A DNA stretch of 32,000 nucleotides from Paramicrosporidium saccamoebae KSL3 (GCA_002794465.1 MTSL01000112.1:28173-60172), one strand, 5' to 3'. Counted from the first letter of the stretch, positions 1 through 11,791 are shown. A program made the numbers and translations. The notes: generated by a model from the sequence alone, not told the origin.

Positions 1-17
1 GAGTTGCACCTGTCAAC

Positions 18-884
18 ATGAGCAGGACGCACTATTTTCGGAATTTATTCTCAAAGCGGACCTATCGCTGGTATGTTCCAGACACACCGAGATATCCTGC
101 ATGGTCATATGTTCTTATGGTGGTGGGCGGCTCTACTGTCGCCTACTCAGCCGCCATGATAGTCGACATTGAGCGGGATAAGACCCGCCGGCGGAGGTGG
201 ATCTCTCCACCAAAGAACAGCATCGGTTATGATAATAATGCTTCGTTGGCCAGCTGGTGGAATGGACGCAGGGAGAGCGAGAAAACCATCATATCACTTA
301 TTGGCATAAATGGGCTAGTATTTTTAGCATGGAAGTTTCCAGGTTTGCAGACTTTCATGTCTCGATATTTCATGCATTCGACTCGCTCACATCCGATAAC
401 CATGCTCAATTCGAGCTTTAGTCATGTATCGGGGATGCACTTTCTAGTCAATATGATTGCCCTCTACAGCTTTGGCCGGATGCTGCATGAAAAGATGGGA
501 CGAGAGCAGTTTTTGGCATTTTACCTTAGTGCTGGCCTCGCCTCCAGCGCAGGTAGTCACATGGTTCGGAGTATTAGAGGTGATTTTGCAAAGTCATTGG
601 GTGCATCAGGGGCAGTTTTTGCTGTGGCCGCTGGATGTGCGCACCAGCCCGATGTAAGGGTCTCACTCATCTTCCTACCATTTGTCTCTATTCCAATCGG
701 ATATGCTCTGCCCGCAATGATGGCATATGACGCAATTGGATTGGTTAAACGATGGGCAACCTTTGATCATGCAGCCCATCTTTCTGGAGCTCTCTTTGGT
801 TATATTTTTTATACTGCCAGCACACGACACATCTGGCCGCAGAGATATAATATTTTGAAATCTGTAGGCTATCCAATAAAGTAA
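18..884 (+). CDS. PCP1: Mitochondrial rhomboid protease (PARL/Pcp1 family)
   Basis: 288-aa ORF with a basic N-terminal presequence-like stretch, several TM segments, H..GMHFLVNM, catalytic GASGA serine motif and HAAHLSGALFG histidine motif. Confidence 0.9.
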   Translation: MSRTHYFRNLFSKRTYRWYVPDTPRYPAWSYVLMVVGGSTVAYSAAMIVDIERDKTRRRRWISPPKNSIGYDNNASLASWWNGRRESEKTIISLIGINGLVFLAWKFPGLQTFMSRYFMHSTRSHPITMLNSSFSHVSGMHFLVNMIALYSFGRMLHEKMGREQFLAFYLSAGLASSAGSHMVRSIRGDFAKSLGASGAVFAVAAGCAHQPDVRVSLIFLPFVSIPIGYALPAMMAYDAIGLVKRWATFDHAAHLSGALFGYIFYTASTRHIWPQRYNILKSVGYPIK

Positions 885-931
885 TCTGATTGGTCACCTC
901 TTTGGAGGCGGGAAATTGCTTCGTATTAGCC

Positions 932-2806
932 ATGGTGGAACGTCGTCTCAGCACTGCTCCGTTTCAAGCACCAACAATGCCATCTGCGGCCCCACGCATG
1001 TCACTTGCTGGGCCAAGACAGAGTCTGGGCCCTTCCCGAGTGCGAGGCTCCAATGTTGGAACTGCTGTCTCAGAGTTGGCGGGGATGTCGATTGGCACAG
1101 AACAGCGCAAGTTGTCGCTTGGCAGAAGCTCTCTGGATCCTCGAGAATCGCTTAATCGTCGTTCTAGTGCATTTGGAAAGAATCTGGCCGGGACTTATGC
1201 CGGTGGCAAGGACCCGCGTCCTATTCGCGAAAAGTCCTATCAGCTTGAGGTTATCAAAAATCTCATCAACTTTCTTGCAAAGTCCGGATATCCGCACCCG
1301 ATATCGCAAAAAATCTTAACTGCACCGAGTGCAAAGGATTTTCAGAACATTTTTAAATTTTTGTACGCCCAACTGGATCCTGGATACGATTTCGGCAAAA
1401 AGTTTGAGGATGAAGTACCACTAGTGATGAAGGGGCTGAGGTATCCATTTGCAGGTGAGATTAGTAAAAGCCAGTTGTATGCGTGTGGGTCAATGCACGC
1501 TTGGCCAGGCCTTCTTGCAATGTTGGGATGGATGGTCGACTTGGTCAACTGTTGCGACATTCTGCATGCCCAATTTGAGACTGAGCCTTCTGATATGACT
1601 GATTTGCCTGGAAGCACCCAAACGACTGCTTCCGAAAAGGTGTTCTTTGATTATCTGTGCAAATCGTACAAGCTGTTCTTGGCCGGAAGTGACAATTTTG
1701 ATCCGCTCATATCCGAATTGGGGGCCAGTTTTGAACGACGCAATGAAGTTGTCTATCAAGAGGTCGAACAGTTAAGTCGGGTGGTAGAAGAGGAGGAGGC
1801 AGAATATCAAATGTTAATCACCGAGGAACCGCCACTTGCTAAAGCTCAGCGGGAACAATCCATCTATAAGGGAGACATTGAAAAGTTTCGAAAATTCATC
1901 AGCCACCTTGAGGTGAAGCGCACCAAGTTTGACGAGGTGATCAGAAACACTATTAACGACGTTGAGATCTGCGAGAGGGAATTGGAGGAACATGAGATGC
2001 TCCGAGCTACTCTTCAGGCTCAGGTGGAAGCCCAGGACATTTGCCCGGAGGATATTGATCGCATGAATTCTGACAAAGAGCAGCTTGTCAAGACCTTGGA
2101 GTCACTCAGTCAGACTAAAGAGGAAGCCAACAAAGTGTTTTGGGAGCGCGAGCTTTTGGTCCAGAAAAAGCTGGATGCAGTGGAAAAGCTTGTACAAGAA
2201 TACAACTACTCGGGAGAGCAGATTGCAGTCATTCCTCAGGAGGCAGTCAATTCCAAGGGGCTTTCTCTGGAGTTGGCTTTCAACCCTCACGCCACCCGTG
2301 CCGACCAGCTTGTCAACTTGGACATTCGCACTCAGGTTCATCCCAGTTTTAATTCCTTGCGCGAAGAGTGCCATGCAATGATACATCAGGCCCAGGACCA
2401 ACTATTATCGCTACAGGAAGCACTGGATAAGCTGAATGAGGCATGCAATGACAAGATTGAAGAGCTACGAAGCAATGAGAAGAAGATTGAGCGAACAGTC
2501 CAATCATACCTTGAAGAGAAGGAGTCTTGTGCAGTCGAAAACAAAAAGACTGACGAAGAAGCCGAGTTGCTTGAGCAAACGATTCAAAAGTTGCGATCTG
2601 ATATTTCTTCACATTCCATCATGTCGCAACAGCGCCTACAACGTGCCACTGTCGAGTATGATCAGCTTGTTACAAATGTCGCTAGCGAAAAGGAACGTAT
2701 TGGGACCGACATGTATCGTCTTCTCGAAGAATTAATCAACTTTAAAACTCATGTGGAATCGTCCCTTGAGGACCTGGAGCAAGCCTTTGGTCGCGAAGAT
2801 TTGTAG
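932..2806 (+). CDS. NDC80: Kinetochore protein Ndc80/HEC1
   Basis: First ATG is at 932, in frame with ORF 890..2806. Ser/Arg-rich tail, then DPRPIREKSYQ...PSAKDFQNIFKFLY...YPF..ISKSQL...WP.LL.ML.W (CH domain), then a long coiled coil. Confidence 0.95.
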   Translation: MVERRLSTAPFQAPTMPSAAPRMSLAGPRQSLGPSRVRGSNVGTAVSELAGMSIGTEQRKLSLGRSSLDPRESLNRRSSAFGKNLAGTYAGGKDPRPIREKSYQLEVIKNLINFLAKSGYPHPISQKILTAPSAKDFQNIFKFLYAQLDPGYDFGKKFEDEVPLVMKGLRYPFAGEISKSQLYACGSMHAWPGLLAMLGWMVDLVNCCDILHAQFETEPSDMTDLPGSTQTTASEKVFFDYLCKSYKLFLAGSDNFDPLISELGASFERRNEVVYQEVEQLSRVVEEEEAEYQMLITEEPPLAKAQREQSIYKGDIEKFRKFISHLEVKRTKFDEVIRNTINDVEICERELEEHEMLRATLQAQVEAQDICPEDIDRMNSDKEQLVKTLESLSQTKEEANKVFWERELLVQKKLDAVEKLVQEYNYSGEQIAVIPQEAVNSKGLSLELAFNPHATRADQLVNLDIRTQVHPSFNSLREECHAMIHQAQDQLLSLQEALDKLNEACNDKIEELRSNEKKIERTVQSYLEEKESCAVENKKTDEEAELLEQTIQKLRSDISSHSIMSQQRLQRATVEYDQLVTNVASEKERIGTDMYRLLEELINFKTHVESSLEDLEQAFGREDL

Positions 2807-2882
2807 GGCAATTGGCGATAGTTGTTGTGTTTTCAAGTGGATTAGATAATGGTATCTGTGTCTGCATGATGTAATAGAGTCC

Positions 2883-2964
2883 ATATCTATCCCAACTAGT
2901 GTCTATCTGAATTAGTGCCTCATTCTCGTCCGTGTCTATCCGAATTAGCACTTTACTCTCGTCT
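2883..2964. repeat. Short tandem duplication, 2 x 33 bp plus a partial third unit
   Basis: gtgtctatctgaattagtgcctcattctcgtcc (2899-2931) and gtgtctatccgaattagcactttactctcgtct (2932-2964), preceded by atatctatcccaactag. Lies between convergent NDC80 and TRM8. Confidence 0.75.
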
Positions 2965-3036
2965 GTGATAATCATTCCACTGGGCGGCTTGTTTACTACG
3001 CCAATAAACCACCCATCGGATCTAGTCTAGTGATAT

Positions 3037-3810
<774 letters not shown>

Positions 3811-3832
3811 CTAGCCCCGGACGGCAAGTGCC

Positions 3833-5143
3833 ATGTCGAGGCTTGAGGTATTCACACCTCCATCTCAGAAGCCTCGACGCGAGCTTGCGTTGGTGCACGC
3901 TAGACCTGTTCATGTGATTAACTCGGCATCTCCATTTTCAAAGGACTCGGAAGATCAAAATTATCGCGGATTTCTTCATTTAGCAATTCTGCTTCTTGTT
4001 GTCAACATGCTGCGTCTTATGGTGGAGAATTTTCAAAAATATGGCGTTTTGCTGTCCATTCCCGGGCGAGATGTTCCACTTTCGGACTTATTATGCTGCT
4101 GTTGTGCTGTGATGACTCTGTGGGTGAATATTGTCGTGTCGTATGTTCTCGAAAGGGCCGTAGTCCACACGCCTTGGTTGGGAGGGTCCAAATTGTACGC
4201 GGGGGTGATCTTTGTCAATGTTACTGCGTTGCTGCTAATCCCTGCATTCATTGTCTGGACTCACATGTACCATCCACTCCTCGGTTCTCTTGCAATGTCG
4301 TTATCCATCATTCTTTGTATGAAAATCATCTCTTATCATGTGGTTAATGCCGAGCTGCGTCAAAGATGGAAGGAGAGGGTTGGTGAAGATCCATATCCGG
4401 GTTGTCCCTACCCGCAGAATATCACCCTCAGAAATGTCGCCTATTTCTGGGTTGCTCCCACTCTATGCTATCAATCAACTTATCCTTTAATTGAAGCGTT
4501 CCGTCCAAAGTTTTTCATAAAACGCCTGGTTGAACTTGGGGCAGCATTAGCAATGATCCACATTTTGACCGAACAATATGCGATCCCAACCGTGAAGAAC
4601 TCTATGAAGCCGATCAATGAGCTGAATTTGATGGGAATGATTGAACGCTTATTGAAATTGTCAATATCAAGTCTTTACATTTGGTTACTGGTTTTCTATG
4701 CGCTCTTCCATTCCTTCTTGAATGCCTTTGCTGAGCTTGTTCGCTTCGGAGACCGCATGTTCTATAAATCGTGGTGGAATGCCAAGTCATTCGAGGAGTA
4801 CTGGCGTCTTTGGAATGCGCCAGTCCATCAATGGCTAAAGAGGCATATTTATTCTCCCATGAGAGCACAGGGCTGGTCTAGCTCCACATCCCAGGCGTCA
4901 ATCTTTGTCATTTCCGCAATGGCGCATGAACTTCTTGTCGGCGTCCCCACCCATGTTCTTGAGGGATGGGCATTCTTTGCCATGATATTTCAGATCCCAT
5001 TAGTCGCCGCCACTGGCTGGTTTACGAGACTCAAGCCCAACTCGAGTGCTGGAAACTTTTTCTTTTGGATTTGCTTCTGTATCGTGGGCCAGCCAATGAT
5101 CGTCTTACTGTATTATCGCTCTTGGATCAATAGAGTATTGTAA
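3833..5143 (+). CDS. DGAT1: MBOAT acyltransferase, DGAT1-like (sterol acyltransferase not excluded)
   Basis: QNYRGFLHLAILLL, YPQNITL, F..APTLCYQ..YP, FYKSWWNA, YWRLWN.PVH.W and SAMAHE (catalytic His); many TM segments. Confidence 0.85.
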   Translation: MSRLEVFTPPSQKPRRELALVHARPVHVINSASPFSKDSEDQNYRGFLHLAILLLVVNMLRLMVENFQKYGVLLSIPGRDVPLSDLLCCCCAVMTLWVNIVVSYVLERAVVHTPWLGGSKLYAGVIFVNVTALLLIPAFIVWTHMYHPLLGSLAMSLSIILCMKIISYHVVNAELRQRWKERVGEDPYPGCPYPQNITLRNVAYFWVAPTLCYQSTYPLIEAFRPKFFIKRLVELGAALAMIHILTEQYAIPTVKNSMKPINELNLMGMIERLLKLSISSLYIWLLVFYALFHSFLNAFAELVRFGDRMFYKSWWNAKSFEEYWRLWNAPVHQWLKRHIYSPMRAQGWSSSTSQASIFVISAMAHELLVGVPTHVLEGWAFFAMIFQIPLVAATGWFTRLKPNSSAGNFFFWICFCIVGQPMIVLLYYRSWINRVL

Positions 5144-5260
5144 ATGTACGTAGCATGCTTTGATTGGTTCATATTCCGAGTGGCCGTTTCAATTTCGACC
5201 AATTATTCGGGTCTGTACTATTTAAGTGTTTCTACCCGCACCAAGGCCCATCGTGTTGTC

Positions 5261-5671
5261 ATGATTGCAGAAAAGGCGGAACAAACCACATCGGATCTGG
5301 ATCATATCATTGAATTATCAATCCTCAAGGTCCGAAGAATGCAGATCACGGGCGTACGAGAGGAGAGACAGCGGTTGTTGGTTCTAGAGACGCTTCACCA
5401 ATGCATCACACAGAAGATTGAAGAAATGTATGAGAAATGCGGTGAAGATGGGATGGACCGAGCCAGCGCGTTCCTTACAGTCTTGCATGAGGCGATTCGT
5501 AAATTAGGATTAAGCAGGCTTGTTCGATTCGGTATCACACTCCCCGAAAATGAAAATGAATATCCCCGTCTAAAGCTGCCCATTTCGAGGAAGCTGCGCG
5601 ACTTTACAGGTATTCAAGGTGCGTTGAATGAATCTTCTCTGAAGGAAACACCAGAGGCCGTAGAGAATTAA
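5261..5671 (+). CDS. Small hypothetical protein with a SERTA-like N-terminal motif
   Basis: 136-aa ORF from ATG 5261. The upstream in-frame ATG at 5144 abuts the DGAT1 stop and looks non-coding. Helical composition; IELSILKV-x12-RQRLLVLETL pattern. Confidence 0.6.
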   Translation: MIAEKAEQTTSDLDHIIELSILKVRRMQITGVREERQRLLVLETLHQCITQKIEEMYEKCGEDGMDRASAFLTVLHEAIRKLGLSRLVRFGITLPENENEYPRLKLPISRKLRDFTGIQGALNESSLKETPEAVEN

Positions 5672-6008
5672 TAAATTTCTGTCTTTGAGATACAACATCG
5701 GGGCTTTGTATATTGGAAACTGAGAGAGAGAGGGCACGTTGTGTGGTAGATCGGACGGGAAGAGGATTTGTTTGCTATTAGTCCAACGATCCAACGTCAA
5801 CTTTTATACACAGTTACAATAGAGCGGCATTCTAGTAACGAACCTGCTGATCAATCCGCTCAATAGCGAGTATTTATGCGGTCCAGGGTTTCCAAAAAGT
5901 CTTGGTTCCAACCGCTCACAATACTGCTTTACTAGCAAAAAGACCAGGGTAAGGTGCTTTTGGTGATATCCTGACAAGCTGACGGGCTGTCGAGCTTGAA
6001 TCACCGAA

Positions 6009-9000
6009 ATGATTACAAATGAAGCTGTAGCGCAGCTACAACAAATCCTCGTGGGACTATCTTCCTCAGACAATTCGATTCGCGAGAAGCATGAACAGGC
6101 CTTTGAGCAAAACTGGATATCGCAACCAGAGGTTTTATTCCCAAGTCTTTGCATGGTGATCACAATGGACCAGACTCCTACTAGTCGCTCTTTAGCCGCC
6201 ATCATTCTTCGTCGGGTGCTTGGAAAGAGTATTCCTGCCCCGACTGGAGGCAAGAATGTTCGTCTGTGGAGCACCCTGAGTGCTGACGCCCAAAAGAACT
6301 GCGGGGAGACACTGCTCAATTCGTGGAAAGGCGAATCTGTTAAAGAGGTACGTAACAAAATTAGCGACGCCATTGCTGAAGTTGCAAGGATAGTTAATTT
6401 GCACGAAGAATGGCCCCAGCTACTCACTCTGATATGGTCTGTGGACGTGTCACAGCCGAGCGAGCTTATTGAGAGCTCACTCCGTATCTTGGCTGCTGTC
6501 CCAGAGTGCATTCAGAACCAAAAGGGAGAATTGGTTGCCTCCTATCTGATTCAGTTTTTCAATCATGCCGAGGTCCAGGTTCAACTGGCTGCCGTCAAGG
6601 CCCTCTGTGCGGTTGTCTCTGTAAGCAGCGACGATAAGAAGCAAGCATATGCTAATATTGTCAATGGGATCCCCAATATCCTGGCCGCCTTTGCGCAAGC
6701 ATCAGCGGAGGAGGCATTGACTGACTGCATCCAATCAATTGTTGAAATGGCGGATGATTGTCCAAAGCTGTTCCGTCCTCAAGCCACCCGTCTTGCTCCC
6801 GTTCTTTGCGCCATTACTGACTGCAAAGAGGGGCAATTTGAGGACGATACACGCTCTGTTGCCCTCGAATTGCTTACCACGTTGGTTGAAGTGATCCCTG
6901 GAACATTTAAAAAGCAAAAGGAATTGACAGGAACCGTTGTGATTCTGATATTAAAAATGATCAGCAGTGGCCTGGATGATGGCCAGGAATGGTATCAAAT
7001 CACGCCTGATGATGAATTTGAGGAGGAGGATCTCTCGCTCACCGCCGAGGCTGCTCTTGATCGTGTTGCTATTGCCTTGGGTGGAAAGACTCTACTTCCT
7101 TCGCTCATGTCTTCGATTCCTGGAATGATCCGTTCCTCAGAGTGGAAGCACCGCTATGGCGCTCTCCGTGCCATTGCCAATATGGCAGAAGGGTGTGCAG
7201 ATTTGCTTGAGGATCGACTGGAGGAACTATTGGGGCTTGTCTGGCCGTCCTTCAAAGATGCCCATCCCCGCGTCCAATATGCCGCTTGCCACGCGCTCGG
7301 ACAATTATGCACAGATTTTGCTGGTCCCCTCCAGGAACATTTTGCACAGCAATGTCTGGCCAGCCTTGTGGGGGTGTTGGTAAGCAGTAACCAGCCTCGT
7401 GTTCAATGTCACGCTGCTGCGGCCCTCATTAATTTTGCTGAAGGCGTCGATTCGGCTATTATTTCTCCCGTTCTCGATGGTTTGTTGGATCGTCTTGTTT
7501 CCTTACTCGGAACCAGCACGCTGTACCTCCAAGAGCAAGTCATTGCGTCAATGGCAGCATTTTCTTCCGCCTCGGGAGTCTCCTTTTCTCGTTTCCTTCC
7601 CCAGGTGATTCCATTGCTGATGAACTGTCTGACGAGCAACTTGGACAAGTCCTATCGCCAACTCCAATGTCGCGCGTTAGAGGCAGTGACGATGGTGGCC
7701 TTGGCTGTTGGGAAGGAGCATTTTCGTCCGTATTCCCAGCCGCTGCTTGATGTAATGGTCAAACTGCAGCAAGCAGAACACGACAGCGATGATTTGATTT
7801 TGGACTATTTGGCCCCTTCGTGGGTTCGTATTTGCCAGGTGCTGGAGACGGAGTTTTCTCCATTCATTCCCCTCGTCCTCCCGCGTCTTCTAAGCGATGC
7901 GGCTGCAGACCCTGACATTGCCGTCATTGATGCAGCCAATCCCACGGCTGAGGACGACTACGATCCCAACGAGTGGGAGTTTGCCACCATCCGTGGTCGT
8001 CGTCTTGGCATTCACACTGCAACTCTCGACAACAAGTGCGCTGCCGTTGAAAATTTGGCAGTCTACATTGCTACATTGCAAAAGGACTTTGCCCCATTTG
8101 CTGAGCAGACCTTTAGCACTGTTCTCCCCTTAGTCTCCTTTACCATGCACGAAGGAGTTCAGTCGGCCTCAGTCGAAGCTCTGGCGTCGCTCATAAAGGT
8201 GGTTTATGAAGCAGGAAAGCCATCAAACTTGGCTACTGTTAAATCCATGACACAGCAATCTTTGACTGCCATGCTTAGTCAGCTGCAAGAGTCGGGCGAT
8301 TCCGAGGTTCTCGTGTCTATCCTCGATGCGATGGCTGATATCTGTAACATTTCTAGTGGAGAAATTTTACCGGAAGGTTTATTGTATCAGTCTTTTGATG
8401 CCATCAATGCGCTTCTAACGATCCTTATGAGAAGCCAAAGTCGTTCATCTGCTCAGGTCGATGAAGATGAGGAAGATGACGAGGAGAAGCGGGCTGAGGA
8501 TGACGAAAATGTCATGTATGGGATTACCCGTTTGGCCGCTGCCCTCTTTAAATGTTTCAAGGAAGCGTCTCTGGCCCCCTCAGAGACTTTGCTAAAGTTC
8601 TGCCTAGGCTGCATTATGCCCGGAAAGTCTGGATTGCTCCCACATAGACATGCTGCCCTATGTATTCTAGATGATTTGGTGCACTGGCTAGGCGTTCATA
8701 CTTTTCCCATTCGGGACCATGTTGCGCAGTCATTTGCCAAAGGGTTGGTTGATGAGGATCCCGATAACCGCCAAGCTGCTGTTTTTGGCGTGGGAATGTG
8801 TTCCGAACATGCTCCTTCTGTGTATGAACAGTTCTGTCGAGGTACTATTTGATTGGTTGGTGCTGACTAGTATAGAAATGCTTCCCTTGTTGCTAAAACT
8901 GATCAGCCACCCAGATAGCAAAGCCCCGAGTGTCATTACAGTCACGGATAATGCCATGTCGGCTGTGGCTAGAATATGCCAGGCTTATGGAGTAGACCTG

Positions 9001-9306
9001 AAGACAGTGTTGCCAATCTGGATCACTGGACTGCCAGTTACTCACGATGAAGCCGAAGCGCCCACAGTGTACAAGTGGCTTTTGACATTGTTAGGAAATG
9101 GTGACATCAGCGTCACTGATGAGCAAGGGACCCATATCTTGCGAGCGCTGGTTGAGGTGCTGGTAAAGAATTGTATTGCGGATCCGACTCTCAAAAATCA
9201 AATCAAATCTGCCGCAGCCTCCCTCCAGCAGCAACTCTCACCCGATCTCACCCAATCTGCCATTAGTGGTTTTACTCCCGAGCAGCTGGCAAAATTGAGC
9301 CAATAA
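6009..9306 (+). CDS. PSE1: Importin beta-3/importin-5 (Pse1/Kap121); join(6009..8841,8876..9306), 1087 aa
   Basis: HEAT-repeat protein with SSEWKHRYGAL.AI..MAEGC, HPRVQYAACHALGQLCTDF and PRVQCHAAAALINF. A 34-nt intron (gtacta...gctgactagtatag) joins ORFs 6009..8852 and 8719..9306 in frame to the expected family length. Confidence 0.9.
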
Positions 9307-9443
9307 TTCTTAATAAACATCCTGGATTCTGACTCTGGTCTTATTGGCTCAATTCTGGGACAGTTTAGGAAAGTGGCCAATAGGACAGCCTAAGGGAGAA
9401 ACAAGGTGAAAAGGGCCGGCTCAGCGGTACAGTGGTAGCAGAG

Positions 9444-10529
9444 ATGTCGGCCGAGTTGGAGAAAAATATTGGCGCTGCCCAGGCGCAAGCGGAAGCTTAT
9501 CAGGATCAGATTCGACGCCAAAAGGAACAGACGGCGGACACGACGATGGCCGAGTTCAGTCGAGATATTGCCCCACTACCGCGTAACCAAATGCGCGTTC
9601 GTCGAGTGCTAAAGGGACATTCCAACAAGGTCTACTCTGTAAATTGGGCACAAGACAGTAGCTCCCTGGTCACAGCGTCACAGGATGGGAAAATGATTGT
9701 GTGGGATCCCATGTCCGCTGACAAGGAATACGCCATCACGCTGCGTTCATCGTGGGTGATGTGTTCGGCGTATTCTCCCAGTAGGAAAATGGTGGCCTGC
9801 GGAGGGTTGGACAATGCCTGCAGTCTGTATGATCTCAGCAAGGTGGACGAAGCAATGGCAAATACTAAAAATGGCATCCCGGATATTGCTCCAACCAAGG
9901 AGTTTATAGGGCACATTGGCTTTATCGCAAGTGCACGTTTCTTGTCTGACTCTGAGCTGCTCACTTGCTCAGGTGATACGACTTGCATCATGTGGGATGT
10001 GGAAAGGGCGATCCCAAAGATCACCTTTAAGGGACATACCGCCGATGTCATGAATCTGGCGCTGTTGGCCGATCGCACAAATCCGGGATCAGCCAACACT
10101 TTTGTTACTGTTGGCTGTGATGCTACTGCTCGAGTTTGGGATATCCGATCAGGCCAATGTACGCGCATCTATGTGGGACACGACAGCGACATCAATGCTG
10201 TTGATTCTTTCCCCAATGGTGTTGCCTTTGCCACCGGTTCTGACGACCATTCCTGTAGAATGTACGATCTTCGCGCAGATCGCGAAATGATGCGATTCAT
10301 CAAGCCTGAAATGTCCTCTTGTGTGACCAGTGTCTCCTTTAGCAAGTCAGGGAGAGCACTCTTTGTGGCCTATGACGACACGAATGTGATTGCGTGGGAT
10401 ACACTCAAAGCTACGCAAAGCGGTGTCCTGGCTGCTCACGAGGAGCGTGTAAGTAGTTTAGCCGTTTCCCCTGACGGGTCTGCCTTGGCCACGGCGAGTT
10501 GGGACTCTATGGTCAAGATTTGGGCATAA
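9444..10529 (+). CDS. STE4: Heterotrimeric G-protein beta subunit
   Basis: N-terminal coiled coil, RRVLKGHSNKVY, LVTASQDGKMIVWD, LRSSWVMCSAYSPS..VACGGLDN, seven WD40 repeats ending SWDSMVKIWA. ATG at 9444. Confidence 0.95.
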   Translation: MSAELEKNIGAAQAQAEAYQDQIRRQKEQTADTTMAEFSRDIAPLPRNQMRVRRVLKGHSNKVYSVNWAQDSSSLVTASQDGKMIVWDPMSADKEYAITLRSSWVMCSAYSPSRKMVACGGLDNACSLYDLSKVDEAMANTKNGIPDIAPTKEFIGHIGFIASARFLSDSELLTCSGDTTCIMWDVERAIPKITFKGHTADVMNLALLADRTNPGSANTFVTVGCDATARVWDIRSGQCTRIYVGHDSDINAVDSFPNGVAFATGSDDHSCRMYDLRADREMMRFIKPEMSSCVTSVSFSKSGRALFVAYDDTNVIAWDTLKATQSGVLAAHEERVSSLAVSPDGSALATASWDSMVKIWA

Positions 10530-10594
10530 ATCTAGTGATCTGAAATAAAGTAACTACCCTATTTACAAGTGTGGTGTTTGATCCGGTATATATC

Positions 10595-10806
10595 TGTCGC
10601 GTAGTGGTGGATAAATAGTATGGACTGTCAGGCGGAAAGGGGGGGGGGTTTGTTCACTGCTGATCCTAGAATAGTATGGATACACATCCCACTGTCCTCA
10701 AATACCCAGCAACTAATCAACCCTCTACGTCAAATACCCGACTAATCAATCCTCTGCCTCTGCCTCTACGTCACATAACCAACTAATCAATCCTCTGCCT
10801 CTACTT
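10595..10806. repeat. Dispersed repeat family 2, copy 1, with an internal 3-unit array
   Basis: 10650-10755 matches 22414-22519 with 6 mismatches in 106 nt by manual alignment. Contains three CAAATACCC..AACTAATCAA.CCTCT..ACGT units. Confidence 0.9.
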
Positions 10807-10963
10807 TACATATCTGTGAGGTTGCAGCAGTGACCAAGAAAGCTGAAAGCAAGAGGATCAAGGTTTGATTTGCGGACACGTTCTTTGTAATACAGCCCCC
10901 CTTTCTTGACACTCACATGTATAATATATCACTTTATTACGGCACGTCGCGATGATCCTATAC

Positions 10964-11791
10964 TTAGACAGAGTCGGCAGGGAGGGGCTCGCTCCAGGTG
11001 GCGTCGGCACCACGAGAAACCTTTGAGCCAGTCTCAGCAGATCCCTCAGTCTCAGTATGCAGCTCGAGGAGCTTTTGGAGGTCATACTTGGGCTGTTTAA
11101 GAATCTTCACCTTGTGGACACAGACGTTTTGAAGGGGATAGACGCTCTGGGCAGCCTTCTCAATCTCCTTGCCAATGGAATCGGGAATGAGCTTGGCAAC
11201 AATTTCCTTCAGGTCACAGACGCTAATCTCGCGGGTCATAATGTCAAACATCTTCTTGCGGATAGCGCGGATCTGAGAGGACTGGGCATAGGAGGTCTTG
11301 CGGACCTGCTTTGGGCGTCGCTTGGTGAAGCCAATGCAGAAGGCACGGATGAGGTATCCATCAGTAGTCTTCACATCAACGTGGGCCTCAATCAGCGTCT
11401 GCCACTTCTTAACCATGGAACGGAGCTTGTCAGTGGTGTATGACATTCCGTGAAAGTTGGTAAGGCAAGCCTTTCCTTGGATCTCATCGACACGGAGGCG
11501 GAACTTGCGGAAAGCCTGGTCCTCGCTCTTGGTGTTCAGGTCTCCAAGAGACATTTCCAAGACACGTCCACGGAGACCTTCCTCGGCACTCTTGAGTCCT
11601 TGGGTGCGGTTCACGAGGGTCTTTCCAACGTTACGGACGGCGAACATGGCGGGTGCCTTGATGTCATACCAATCCTTGCGGGTGAACGGGTCCACAATCT
11701 TCTTCTTGAGACCCTTCTTGCCCTTCGAGAGGCGCTTATTCTTTCCCACAGCCTATATATTAATGGATGGATGACACCCTATGCATACCAT
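10964..11791 (-). CDS. RPS1: 40S ribosomal protein eS1 (S3A); complement(join(10964..11752,11789..11791)), 263 aa
   Basis: An ATG-only exon plus the 36-nt intron 11753-11788 (GTATGC...ATAG) gives the canonical [15 protein letters not shown]. Also [14 protein letters not shown] and [20 protein letters not shown]. Confidence 0.97.

Noticed and set aside
890-931. ORF-track non-ATG starts (890 TTG, 9432 GTG, 18068 TTG, 26715 CTG, 30639 GTG)
   Set aside because: Eukaryotic genes; in each case a nearby in-frame ATG or a spliced upstream exon explains the start.
5804-6511. 235-aa antisense ORF, and other antisense or alternate-frame ORFs such as 9632..10168, 11057..11443 and 22884..23345
   Set aside because: These are shadows of well-supported genes on the opposite strand or frame, with no recognisable motifs.
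10620-10745. 41-aa ORF (MDCQAERGGGLFTADPRIVW...) in family 2 copy 1
   Set aside because: Copy 2 has no ATG, all four in-ORF differences between copies are non-synonymous, and the frame depends on a G homopolymer length.
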